The position numbers and the translations under genes are program-made. Shown one piece after another: positions 43,147 to 56,269 of a DNA stretch of 64,000 nt. The DNA comes from Eledone cirrhosa (lineage: Eukaryota). The number at the start of each line of letters is the position of its first letter. Within the stretch, counting starts at the first letter, position 1. Under the pieces are notes generated by a model. The model ran no database searches. It was not told where the DNA came from and was given only the letters and a program-made list of their open reading frames with translations. The DNA lies in NCBI GenBank assembly GCA_964016885.1, contig OZ024741.1:289664001-289728000 (forward strand). The letters are read 5' to 3'.

Positions 43147-43310
43147 ATAGTGATGAGAAGAATTTAAACGAATCTGTTTAGAAAAGAGAGAGAGCTGGCA
43201 AGAGAGAATAATAGAGTCGAAAATAGTGAGGGGAAGAGTAAGGTATAGAGTGAAGAAGGTAGCAAACACAGAGTAGAAGGAAAGTAGAATGAAGGAAAGA
43301 CTGAGAATGT

Positions 43311-43585
43311 GAGGGGGATATAGGGTAAAGGTCCCTTTGGTCACGTATGACCATGGGATTTGCACCTAGATAGTTCGCCTCCGAGGCACAAATCTAAGCA
43401 AATTAGTTTGTGGACAACCAGCAGTCGCCCATATGTACCGATCTTCCCTCATCACGTCACCGGTGTTGGCTAAGGTAAAGGAAATGGCCGATACAGCTTG
43501 GCACCAGTGATGTCGCAACTCAGTTCTACAGCTGAGTAAACTTGAGCAGCCTGAAATAAAGAGTTTTGTTCAAGGTCACAATGCA
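43311..43585 (-). mobile_element. Second SINE family (t-g-t-g-(t/a)-ccttgagcaagacactttatttcac-type core)
   Basis: The reverse complement cattgtgaccttgaacaaaactctttatttcaggctgctc matches tatgtccttgagtaagacactttatttcacgttgctcc at ~61948-61984. Confidence 0.6.
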
Positions 43586-43664
43586 TATACACGCGCCTCA
43601 CTTTTTCTGTCTCTCTGTATGTATATATCTATGAAATGTAGACATCTTAATGTAAATAACAATA

Positions 43665-43850
43665 ATAATTGTTTCTACTTTTGGTACAAGGCCACACTTA
43701 CCCAGTGCATTACTGGTACTTTATTTTATCGACCCCGTAAGGATGAAAGGCAAAGTTAACCTCGGCGGGATTTGAAATCATAATGGAAAGGGCCGTAACT
43801 CTATGTGTCAACGCATGGCGTTCGACCCTCTACCGATACTGCAAATCCAA
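43665..43850 (-). mobile_element. SINE copy (first family)
   Basis: Closely similar to 14460-14648. Confidence 0.78.
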
Positions 43851-44334
43851 ATGATAATAATAATACTCTATTACTCTATTACGTGCTCCATCCGATAGGT
43901 TGACGCCACACTGGGGCACCATCATTAAGAAAATAGCTGATGATAGAAAATGTAGACAGGCTCACCAGCTAAAACTGAAACAGACAGATCTCGGCATAAA
44001 GAGGCAAGTTTTATATTTGCCAATTTGACACAGAAGCTATTGCGTAATGCTGCAATAATAAAGGCGTAGAAATCCTATTCCTCAGTTGAAGATTTTATTT
44101 ATGAAATAACTGAAGCCAGAAATGTGTACCCGAGAGTAAACAGTATTATTTCCTCCTTTACTCCCGTACCTACTGAGGGTGACGTAGGGATGCCGTTTTG
44201 ACATACAATGTTTCCAGAGCATTTTAAAACCCAGTGGAGCCCAATCATCTCCCGGTCGAAATACAATAGATTTCTTCCAGAGAAGGATATAGAGAGAGTT
44301 AGATAATGTAAGTGAGAAAGCGATAGAGAAAGAC

Positions 44335-44480
44335 TCGACCCCAGTACAGGTACATTTTTATAGACCTTGTATGGATGAACGGCAAAGTTGACCTAGGCGG
44401 GATTTGAAATCAGAGATCCGAAACGAATACGACAAATCATTTTATCCGACGGACTAACGACTCTGCCAATTCGCCGCCTT
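44335..44480 (-). mobile_element. Decayed SINE copy (first family)
   Basis: ggatgaacggcaaagttgacctaggcgggatttgaaatcag...gccaattcgccgcc. Confidence 0.65.
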
Positions 44481-45221
44481 ATCAGTTATACATTTGTAAA
44501 TTAAGAGAGGGTCCTCAATAATATATGCAAGTAACATAGTTACGAAGTACAAGAACATCATTGTATACCCAGATAATAGCCTTGATGAACGTCTCGAATA
44601 AAATATATATATGAAGAAGATCTGACTGTTATTTCTAGCAGGTCCAGTGAGCATAATGATTCCCCTCCTTCGTGTCGGCTTGTAACAAAAAACAAACAAA
44701 AAAAAAAACAATAAACAAACCAAAATAATAATAATAACAATTGGTTGAGCAAGCGTCTTTCATTTGCAATTATGTGGCTCGTGAAGGTATTTACCATGTT
44801 ATCAATTGATAGGACGAATTAACATCTACGTAAGTCTACACAGTGGTGATGGTAGTGGTGGAGCTGGTGGTGATGGTGGTGGTGATATTGGTGGTGGTTG
44901 TTTATGAAGGCGGAGAGAAGGGAGATAACCCTGAGACATCTTGCAATCAACATAAACATTCTTTTAACGTCATTGCTACGTACTTTCATTACTTCCCTTT
45001 CCTGTCCTTTCTTTCCCTCTATTTTTTTTTTTTTTTACTTTTATCGTTTTTGTTTTGTTTATTTTTCTTTGCAATTTATTACTTCCTTCGTTTTTTTATC
45101 TTTTTTTTCTCGTTCATTCATTCTTTCTCACTTCCTAATGTTCTATGTTACACACACACACACACTCACATACACATATATATAAACATACATACATAAC
45201 ACACACACACACACACACACA

Positions 45222-45298
<77 letters not shown>

Positions 45299-45403
45299 TG
45301 CTCTTGTAGCTGACATAGACAATTTGAATATCTGTGACAAGCTTAATCTAGTAATGCCTGTCTGTCTAGTGTCATACATATATATATATATATAAATATA
45401 TAT

Positions 45404-45443
<40 letters not shown>

Positions 45444-45487
45444 ATGTCTGTGTGCGTGTGGTGTGTGTGTGTGTGTGTGTGTGTGTC

Positions 45488-45585
<98 letters not shown>

Positions 45586-45811
45586 GTGTGTGTGTGTGTG
45601 TGTGTGTGTTTTGTGTGTATGTATGTAGGAAATGTTTATTGATATCAAAGTCGTGGTTATGTATATTTTGATGTCTGATAACAGTGACACGTGTGTGTAT
45701 GTGCTTGCTTGTATATTTATGTGTGTGTTTCTGTGAGCGTATTTATTCGTCAGTGTAGGCCTGTGGAAATAAAATGTACTTATGTAACTGTGTATCTGTA
45801 GAACATATGTA

Positions 45812-45953
<142 letters not shown>

Positions 45954-46194
45954 TATATATATATACATACATACACACACACATATATATATATAAATAT
46001 TTATATATATATTTATGTGTGTGTGTGTGCTTTTGTATGTAGGTTGGTAGGTAGATAGGTATTGTACGATTGCGTGCGTTTGCATGAATGTATTTATGCA
46101 CATGTGCTGAAATAAATGTATGGATGCCAGCCAGGGAGTGTTTTTGTGTGTGTGTACCTGTATATATATGTGTGTGTGTGTTTAAATGTCACTG

Positions 46195-46400
46195 CTAGAA
46201 GTGACATGTAATCCATTAGTCGTATCTTATCTTCGGACAGGCAAGTGAGGTGGCTGTGTACTCTTTAGCAAGTCTTTCCGCTCCGTCTGTTCTCAACTCC
46301 TCATTTTCATCAGCCCATCTTCAGATATGACAGCCAGACCCGGAAGTCGAGATCAACCTCACTTGATGACGTCCACCCACGCCATTTTGATAGCATCAGA
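46195..46400. promoter_or_regulatory. Candidate cis-regulatory island
   Basis: A unique-sequence island with TAATCC, CAAGTG and CACTTGA (NK2-type), CCGGAAGT (ETS), TGACGTC (CRE-like) and CGCCATTTT (YY1) within ~200 bp. Motif inspection only. Confidence 0.35.
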
Positions 46401-47142
46401 AACACCACTAACTACCACTAAATCTACCACCCCCACTCCCCTTTCATACAACTATCATTGCCATCACACACAACATTAGATTCCCCCCCCTCCTCACACA
46501 CACCACTACTAATTCTACCAATACCGTCAATACCATATCGCCACCAATGATTCTGCTGCCACTATTATCATTACCACATATCTCTACTACAACCACTACC
46601 ATTAACACAGCCGCTATTTTTAACACTATCATTGCCAGCACTATCACTGTTACAGCTATCATTACCATCAACTACATCGCTGCCATTAATATCTCCCAAA
46701 CCAACACAGCCACAGGCACTACCATCACTATGTTTAACAACATGACCATCCCCAACCTCTCTAATAATATCACAACTAATATCACTACAACCACCATATA
46801 CAACACAACATGTCTAGTAAAGTAACACCACCACACCACCACACCACCCTCACCTCAAAGCTAAAAACAATAATAAAATCAACATCGTTTCCATCCCTAC
46901 CACCATCACCGATACCACTAGCACCCCCCCCCCCAACACAATCGCCCCCCCCCCCACCACCATGATCTTTTTTGCTTATTGCATATACGGGCCGAAACAC
47001 TCGATGGAGGGGTGGGATCGTCTCTGAAGACCTTCCGCGGTCCAGCTCTCCTGAGGATTTCTTAGCACTTTCTTACCACACACACACACACACACATAAA
47101 TACACACACACACACATACACACATATATATATATGTATATG

Positions 47143-47185
<43 letters not shown>

Positions 47186-47227
47186 AAGCGATTTCTATAT
47201 TAAAGTTGATGTAGATACACACACACA

Positions 47228-47318
<91 letters not shown>

Positions 47319-47319
<1 letters not shown>

Positions 47320-47520
47320 ATCAAAAGCTTGGGTTTAAAACACTCACTAATCGCCTACAATCAAATAAGCTCAAGGAGCAAACTCCGAGCTCTTTATAAA
47401 ACATAGTAAGGAGAGAACAACACATAAATATATGTCCGATAATAGGGGATATAATACCATCATTATCCCCTATTACCGGACACATATATTTATGTGGCTT
47501 TCTCTCCTTACTTTGTTATA
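47319..47520. mobile_element. Foldback element between (TA)n tracts
   Basis: Arms ~47399-47451 and 47465-47518 (gtaaggagagaa...ataggggata / tatcccctat...ttctctccttac), plus an unpaired left extension. Confidence 0.5.
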
Positions 47521-47544
47521 TATATATATCCATACCTACATCTC

Positions 47545-47613
<69 letters not shown>

Positions 47614-48077
47614 GCTTGTGTGTATGTGGTGTGTATGTGTGTGTCTATCTTTCGGTATCGCCACTGTTATGTTAAATTCTGCCGTATTATGTCGAGAAGA
47701 ACTAATTCTGGATGAGATGATAAATCATATATAAGATAAACCATATATAAAGATGTCAGTCTCTACTGTTGACCCACATCTCTTAATTAATTATATAAGT
47801 CAATGTATACCTAACATTGCTACAACTCAATTATAAGCTTATGATAAAAGAGAAGGATCGTGATTTAAATCTACGCTGGTTTTCAGTTTTTATACTGTCA
47901 CCATCAGTATAGACATATCAATTGATATCAAGAATCAATTTGCATAGACATTTAGCGTTATATAGTATATGTATACATGTATATGATTGTGCTTGTACTT
48001 GTATGAGCGTATATATACCTAAAACGACATATATATATATATATGCATATCTCCCCCCCTCTCTTTCTCTGTTTCTT

Positions 48078-48177
<100 letters not shown>

Positions 48178-48313
48178 GTTCAGACCTAGCTCTGTCGAAA
48201 CGGCCGAAGCTCAGCCGTCGGGGTCCTGACTCTTTTTCTATTATCCACTCTACTACCCTAAGTAGTGAGTATTCTGGTGCGCCCATCTGGTATCTTACCA
48301 CCCCCTTTTTGTA
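48178..48313 (+). mobile_element. Family A copy without the inverted arm
   Basis: gtcgaaacggccgaagctcagccgtcggggtcc...ccactctactaccctaagtagtgagtattctggtgcg, preceded by (TA)n. Confidence 0.72.
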
Positions 48314-48798
48314 TTATATATACATACATGCATGATTTTTCTTCACTTGATATTATAAAAAAAAATAGTTTTGATTTTTCATCCTCATTGTATACTACTC
48401 CAGTTCCAGCATTATATATCCTTTTTATCGTTTATCCCCATGCATTCGATGTGCTTTCGATAAATTATAATATAAGTTTTATTGTAGCTTCACTTGGGAC
48501 TACTTTTAATCAGGCGCGTAGATTTTAGTGTGAATACTGTGTCATTCTTTGATACCTAAGGTAGCAATTAACTGTGTTGTTCGACAGCGCTCTTTGTTCT
48601 TATTTCATTCTACAGAAACCTTCGATATTACATACCCCCACCCACCCCACACACACATATATATATGTGTGTGTGTGTTTATGTGTATATATATGTGTGC
48701 GTTTGTGTGTTTGTTTTTATATATCTATCTACGTATATATTTATTCATGGTTCTTTTCCATTTATTAATTGAATCTATTTCTTTTACAAAAACTTTAG

Positions 48799-49013
48799 GA
48801 CTGGAATGCAAGAACGATAAAAGAAAGAAATCACTAGGGGAAGTAACGAAAAGCTCCAGTGGAGATGAATGTCCAGTGAAGAAGAAGAAAGCAAGGACAA
48901 CGTTTACAGGCAGACAAATATTTGAACTTGAGAAACAATTTGAACAAAAGAAATATTTGTCCTCAAGTGAACGGGCAGAAATGGCCACACTTCTCAATGT
49001 CACAGAAACGCAG
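48799..49013 (+). CDS. NK7: NK7-family homeobox gene, internal coding exon (homeodomain residues 1-44)
   Basis: Acceptor ttttacaaaaactttAG|ga (phase 1) and donor cag|GTAACT. Encodes [71 protein letters not shown]. The [19 protein letters not shown]...KKYLS signature matches the NK7 family as I recall it. The 5' boundary is less certain than the 3' boundary. Confidence 0.9.
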
Positions 49014-49109
49014 GTAACTTTTTTGGTATTTTTGTTAGGGTTGCTGATTGTGATGACTTCTGGTAACAAGGACCAAGTAGTAGTAGTGGTGGTGCTGGTG
49101 GTGGTAATG

Positions 49110-49169
<60 letters not shown>

Positions 49170-49175
49170 TTGTTG

Positions 49176-49231
<56 letters not shown>

Positions 49232-49693
49232 TGTTGTTGTTGTTGTAGTAGTGCAGGTATTGGTTGTGGAGTGTTTGGATGAAAGAGATTTGGACAATCC
49301 ATGGCCAAACAAAGTCAGAGCATTTTCCCTGAGTATCATTTGATGGAAGAATTGCTTTGCTCTAGGGCAGCTATAATAAAGTGTACCTATGATCCAGTTT
49401 GTTCCTGTCGTGGCCATCCCGTCTTTAACTATATTCAAAGAGACATTGTCCACACGACGTGCTTCATCTTAAGAGCATAGAGTGTGATTTGATGGAGATG
49501 CTGTCACTATTTCTAGCAGGTCAAGTGACCTTTCTAAGGCTCCATCACTGAATGTTCAGGGTGGTTTTTGAAACCGCAATAAAACATCTTGGTCATTGAA
49601 ACGGGGTAGGAAGGCTAGAAATAGGTGTTACAGTACCAGGCAGACAGGCGGATACATTCAGGCGGAGAACTTAAGGAATATAGCAGAGAGAGA

Positions 49694-49735
<42 letters not shown>

Positions 49736-50029
49736 TAGGGAGAGAGGGGGGAGTGAAGCCATTGAGATGAAAGTGGAAACGAGTTATGTGTGAGGATGTA
49801 AGTAAAAGAAGGAGAGAGATATAGAGAAATATAGGGAAAGGATGGGGGAAACTGCAGCAAAGAGGAAAGGAGGGAAGAATGTAAAAAATGATATAGAGAG
49901 AGAGCTTGAAAGTGAGCAGGAGGTGGAGATGACTAAGGGAGGTAATAATTGGAGTGATATCAAGATTGGTGGTCAATTGACTTAAGATTGATCTGTCTAT
50001 TCAAGCAATATGATTTACCTCCAATTTCA

Positions 50030-52059
50030 ACACCACCACAACCACTACCACTACAACCACTACCACCACCACCACCACCACCAGGACTGCCACCATTATC
50101 ATGATAATCCCCACTATCACCACCACCACCACCACCACCATATCTAACATTATTATCACTATCTTCACAATTACCACCACCATCACCACTACCACCACCA
50201 GCACTGCCACAACAACCACCATCATCAACATCACCACCGCAACAAACTCCACTATACCCTCCACCACGTCCACCATCACCCTCACCATAAATACCTCCAC
50301 CATCCCTACCTCCAATATCATCACCACTACCATCGACACCACCGCCACCACCACAATAACTACTGTCGCCGTTACTCCCCGCCCCAGTCACTACAATAAC
50401 TACATCCATTACCACCACAATCACTACTTCCACTGTTATTATCATCAACATAATAATTACCATCACCAACACTACTACGACCATGGGCAAGCAACAGCAG
50501 CACCACCACCACCACCACCAACATAACCCCCCATCACCACAACCACCACCATCACCTCCCCCTGCCACCACCACCACCATCACCACCATCACCACCACCA
50601 CCACCACCACCACCATAACCACCATCACCACCACCACCACCACCACCATCTCCACCATAACCACCACTATCACCACCATCACCACCACCACCACCATCAC
50701 CACCACCACCATCACCACCACCACCACCACCACCACCTCCACCATAACCACCACCATCACCACCATCACCACCACCACAACCATCACCTCTACCACAACC
50801 ACCAGCGCCACTTTCATAACCATTTATTTCTTGTATTGTTCCAAATATCTTGGGCCCTTGTGGCCAAGAAAAGAAAGGATCTTTATTATTATTATCTGTA
50901 TCATCATCATCATCATCATCATCATTATCATCATCATCTTCATCTCTTCATCATCTTCTCCTTGTAATAACCGATTTGTCCTCATCTAACCCCTCCTCAC
51001 CTGTCTTCCGTCCCATCCCATCAACTTCCGTTTTCAACCCCTTTAAGTCCACATTAATGCTCCAGCATCTGTGGCCATCTCCAACTGAAACCTCACCCCA
51101 GTCTCTGTCTCCCCTCCCACCATCATACCGTACTCCCCCTCCCCTTCCACCATCATACCGTACTCCCCCTCACCTCCCACCATCATACCGTTCTCCCCCC
51201 TCACCTCCCACCATCTTACCGTTCTCCCTCTCCCCTTCCACCATCTTACCGTTCTCCCTCACCCTCTTCACCAATATTCTCCAACCAACCACTTTCTCCA
51301 TCAATAAAACCGCACCACATCACCACCACCACCACCACTACCATCACCTCACCAATGATTCTACAACCACCATCGAGACCATCACTACTATCACCATCAC
51401 TATTGCTGTTATCACCCACTACCGCCATTACTACTAATATCACTACCAACATTACCAATACCACCACCAACACTACAACCACTAACATCACCAAGACCAA
51501 CACCACCACCATCAACACCACCACCATCATCACCACCACCATCACCATCACCATCAACACATCCACAACAAACCAGCCACCACTATAACCAATATGACCA
51601 GCTCAATATCTCAATATCAACCACCACAAATACCACCACTACCACCACCATCACCACCACCACCACCATCACCACCACCACCACAACCACCACCACCATC
51701 ACCACCACCACCACAACCACCACCATCACCAGCACCATCACCACCACCACCACCATCACCACAACCATCACCACCACCATCACCATCTCCACCACCACCA
51801 CCACCACCATCACCACAACCACCACCATCACCAGCACCATCACCACCACCATCACCACCACCACCACAATCACCACCACCACCACCACCATCACCACCAC
51901 CACCACTTTCACAACCAACCAGCCACCACCATAACCAATATGACCAACTCAATATCTCAATATCAACCACCACCACTACCAATACCACTATCACACCCCA
52001 CCAACCTCAGTATTACACCAGCACCACCACAGTACAACCAGCATTACAACTATTACCAT

Positions 52060-52114
<55 letters not shown>

Positions 52115-52135
52115 GCCACTACTACTACTACTACA
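50030..52135. repeat. Intronic (CAC/CAT/TAC)n low-complexity region
   Basis: Direct reading. Confidence 0.85.
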
Positions 52136-53169
52136 ATCACACACTTTAATCCCCCCACTCACCCCCCCATCATTGGACAGTGCACATCTTTTATACCTTC
52201 CTGGCGTCTTTTAAAAAACACTCCACTCCCCCACCCCGACACATGACCACCCTCCTTTCAATCCCCCCCTCCATCACCCTAGTTCCATCCCATATCATTC
52301 CGTCTTCTTTCATCCTGTCTCATTTCTTCCCCACCCATCCTCACCCAGTTCTACTCTTGCGCCTCCTACATCATAATTTCAACTCTCCTCTCCCTCTTTC
52401 TCTCTCCCTCCCTCCCTTTCTTTATTTATTTCTTTATTTCCTTTTCTTCTCCCTCTCTCTCTCAATTTCTTTCTTTCTTACTCTCTTTCTTTCTTTTTTT
52501 CTCCCTCCATTTGTTTATTTCTTTCTTTATTTCCTCTTCTCCCTCTCTCTCGCTTTCTTTCGTTCTCTCTCACTTTCTTTCTTTCTCTATCTTTCCCATC
52601 TTTCTCTCTCACGCTCTTTCTTTCGTTCTTTCGTTCTTTCTTTCTTGCATTCTTTATTACCTTTTCTTCTCTCTCTCTCGATTTCTTTCTTTCTCCCTCT
52701 CTTTCTTTCTTTCTTTCTCTCTCTTTCCCTATCGTTCTCTACTTCCTTTTCTTTCTCTCTCTCCCTTTCTTTCTTTCTCTCCCGTTCTTTCTCTCCCTCT
52801 CTCTCGCTTTCTTTTTCTATCTCTCCCCTCTCTCTACCCCTTCTCTCTCTCCCTCTCTCTCCTTACCTCCCTCTCTCTCTCTAGCCTTTTCTTTCCCTCT
52901 CCCCTTTCTTTCTTTTTCCTTTCATCCTGTATTTCCTCTCTTTTTCTATCTCTATCTTTGTCCAACCTCCCCCGCTCTCTCCCACCCACTCTAATCTTCC
53001 ACCATAACCAACTCAGCCATCTTCACCTTCTTCAGTGCCAAGAGCTAACTTCAAATTAGAGTCCGTTTTTGTGTCCTTCAGAGTATCCAGCGCATCCGTA
53101 GTGTATGTATGTATGTAAGTATGTATGTATGTATGTATGTATGTATGTATGTATGTATGTATGTATGTG

Positions 53170-53201
<32 letters not shown>

Positions 53202-53295
53202 TGTATGTATGTATGTATGTATGCATGCGTATATATGTGTACACATGGCACATACATGTATAAATATAAATTTTTAATCACACACACACACACAG

Positions 53296-53332
<37 letters not shown>

Positions 53333-53567
53333 TACACACGTAGACACATATTCATATGCATATAAAAGTGTATGTGCGAATGTGTGTATGTGTGTGTGTG
53401 TGTGTATATGCGTGTGTGCGTCATCGTATTTGTGGCTATAATACATACCAGCAGAGACAAGGATATACATACATTACACACGCGTACACATGAACTTTCA
53501 TACATAAATACATACACTCACTCATACACTCACATACAAGCATACACAGGAACCTTCCTGCATAACT

Positions 53568-54115
53568 ACATACACGCACGCATAAACTCACACATACTCA
53601 CGAGCATACATACACGCAGACACATACGCACACGCATGAACTCACGCATACTCACGAGTATACATACACGCAGACACATACGCGCACGCATAAACTCACG
53701 CATACTCACGAGCATACATACACGCAGACACATACACGCACGCATAAACTCACACATGCTCACGAGCATACATACACGCAGACACATACACGCACGCATA
53801 AACTCACACATGCTCACGAGCATAGATACACGCAGACACATACACGCACGCATAAACTCACACATGCTCACGAGCATAGATACACGCAGACACATACACG
53901 CACGCATAAACTCACACATGCTCACGAGCATAGATACACGCAGACACATACACGCACGCATAAACTCACACATGCTCACGAGCATAGATACACGCAGACA
54001 CATACACGCACGCATAAACTCACGCATGCTCACGAGCATACATACACGCAGACACATACACGCACGCATAAACTCACACATGCTCACGAGCATACATACA
54101 CGCAGACACATACAC
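53568..54115. repeat. 54-bp minisatellite, about 10 copies
   Basis: Unit catacacgcacgcataaactcacacatgctcacgagcatagatacacgcagaca. Confidence 0.93.
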
Positions 54116-54473
54116 ATACACACATTCGATTAATCGAGTGTATTATGTTGGACACACCGAAGCATTGATCTCTTTAGCCTAATTAGAGTGGCTCATGATG
54201 TATTAGTTGTAGTGGTGGAGAAGGGGATAGCGAAGTGTAGTGGGGGGGAGCGAGATGGAATGGTGCTGGTAATGGTGGAGTGGAAAGCAAGGTGTGGTGC
54301 TGTTAGTGGTGGAGAGGAAGGTCGAATGGTGTTGATGTATGCTTAGCCGAAGTGAGCACGGCAAGGCAGATAGCTACATGAATGAATGAGTGACCATCAC
54401 ACACACGCGCCCGCACACAGACACAGCCATTTACACACATATGTGTCTATACATCCATATATATGTATGTATC

Positions 54474-54571
<98 letters not shown>

Positions 54572-54589
54572 TGTGTGTGTGTTTGTGTG

Positions 54590-54642
<53 letters not shown>

Positions 54643-54665
54643 ATGTATGTTTATATATATATATA

Positions 54666-54729
<64 letters not shown>

Positions 54730-55423
54730 CGTGTGTGTATGTATGTTTATATATATATATATATATATATCAGAGAGCGTGAAAGAGAAGATGAAGGAAA
54801 GTGAATATCAAAGATTTGGGTGTAGGTTGTCAGGGGTGAGAGAGGTAAGTATGTATAGAATATGTAGAGCAGCTATGTACAGGTAGATAATTGGCAGATA
54901 AACACAAGCAATGGTCTGTAAAAGGTATGTTAAACGGGGGAAAGATAATAACGATATAAATGGTCTAGGAAGCAGGCTGGTGCTTAAGACTGACTGACGT
55001 TTATAGAAAACTGCCACAATTGTATTGATGGATGGATAGATAGATACATAGCACTGGTGGATAGAGAGAATTGATGTGTGGATAGAACTGATAGAGAGAA
55101 AGACTGTTTGTAGATATTGATATAACACTCTTATACAGAGAAAGAACTTATATATATATATATGTACAGATCTATTGTATAAATAGGACTGGTTAATAGA
55201 GACACTCAGACATAGAGAGAACAGACGTATAGACAGAATGAATGAAAGACATAAATAGACAAACTAATAGATATACAGGCATATCGAATGTTAGGTTGGT
55301 AAAAGGTTCTTAACTCCTACTAGAATCGTAGGGGTGCCTTCCCGACACCCGCTGTGTCGTGAGCACATTATAAACCTGGAGGAGATCATCCCTCTCCAAG
55401 TCTGAATTCAGCAGACACCCCGA

Positions 55424-55424
<1 letters not shown>

Positions 55425-55454
<30 letters not shown>

Positions 55455-55551
55455 CTTCTTCTTCTTCTTCTTCTTCTTCTTCTTCTTCTTCTTCTTCTTC
55501 TTCTTCTTCTTCTTCTTCTTCTTCTTCTTCTTCTTCTTCTTCTTCTTCTTC
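55425..55551. repeat. (CTT)n microsatellite
   Basis: Pure tract. Confidence 0.97.
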
Positions 55552-55639
55552 AGAAGGAGAGATAGATAGTGAAATAGACAGAGAAATAGACAGAGAGATA
55601 GATAGAGAAAGAGAGTGAGAGAATCAACCGCTATATTGG

Positions 55640-55790
55640 AGTGGTAATTCTTTCATCGACCTCGACAAGATAAAAACCTAATTTAACTTGGATGTGATTT
55701 GAACTCAGAGCATAGGGAACTGGAAAAATATACCTAAGTATTTCTATGCAGAATCCCTATCGATACTCTCAATTTGTCTCCTTTTACCCT
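55640..55790 (-). mobile_element. Decayed SINE copy in the homeobox intron
   Basis: tttcatcgacctcg...gatttgaactcagagc. Confidence 0.5.
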
Positions 55791-56269
55791 CATAATACCA
55801 ACATCTAAACTAATTCTGGACAATATATCTGTGAGTGTGTGCGTGTGGGTGTGTCTGTCTGTCTGTATGTATGTATAGAAGTCATGCCGTATATATGAAG
55901 GGTGCCCCTACGACTCCATCAGCTCTTAAGGGCGGTTTACCATTAGCTTAGTATATTTGCAATAAAGAGATATTTCTATTATTTCATTAAGATATGACTC
56001 TTTTGAGTGTATACAAACGCCCAAGTTTCCTTCGCGCTTTTCGGTTATTTTATGTCAAACTCATAATTAAAGGTTAATCATCTTGAACGATTTCACCTAT
56101 TGTTTCGTACAGAAAATATGAATAAACCAAGAAACTGTGAATTCTTTAGGAATAATTTTCTTGAAATTTTTCAATTTCTCTCAAATTGGTGCAGATTTTA
56201 TTCTAGAATCATTTATGTATCGCTCTATCTGAATAAAGTTTCTGAAAGATTTTCATTTCTCTCTTCTAG

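Noticed and set aside
48549-49343. 264-aa ORF as the full homeobox protein
   Set aside because: It is read-through into introns on both sides. Helix 3 is encoded at 56270.
53372-54133. ORF with 18-aa His-containing repeats resembling zinc fingers
   Set aside because: It is a 54-bp CA-derived minisatellite inside the homeobox intron and has no C2H2 spacing.
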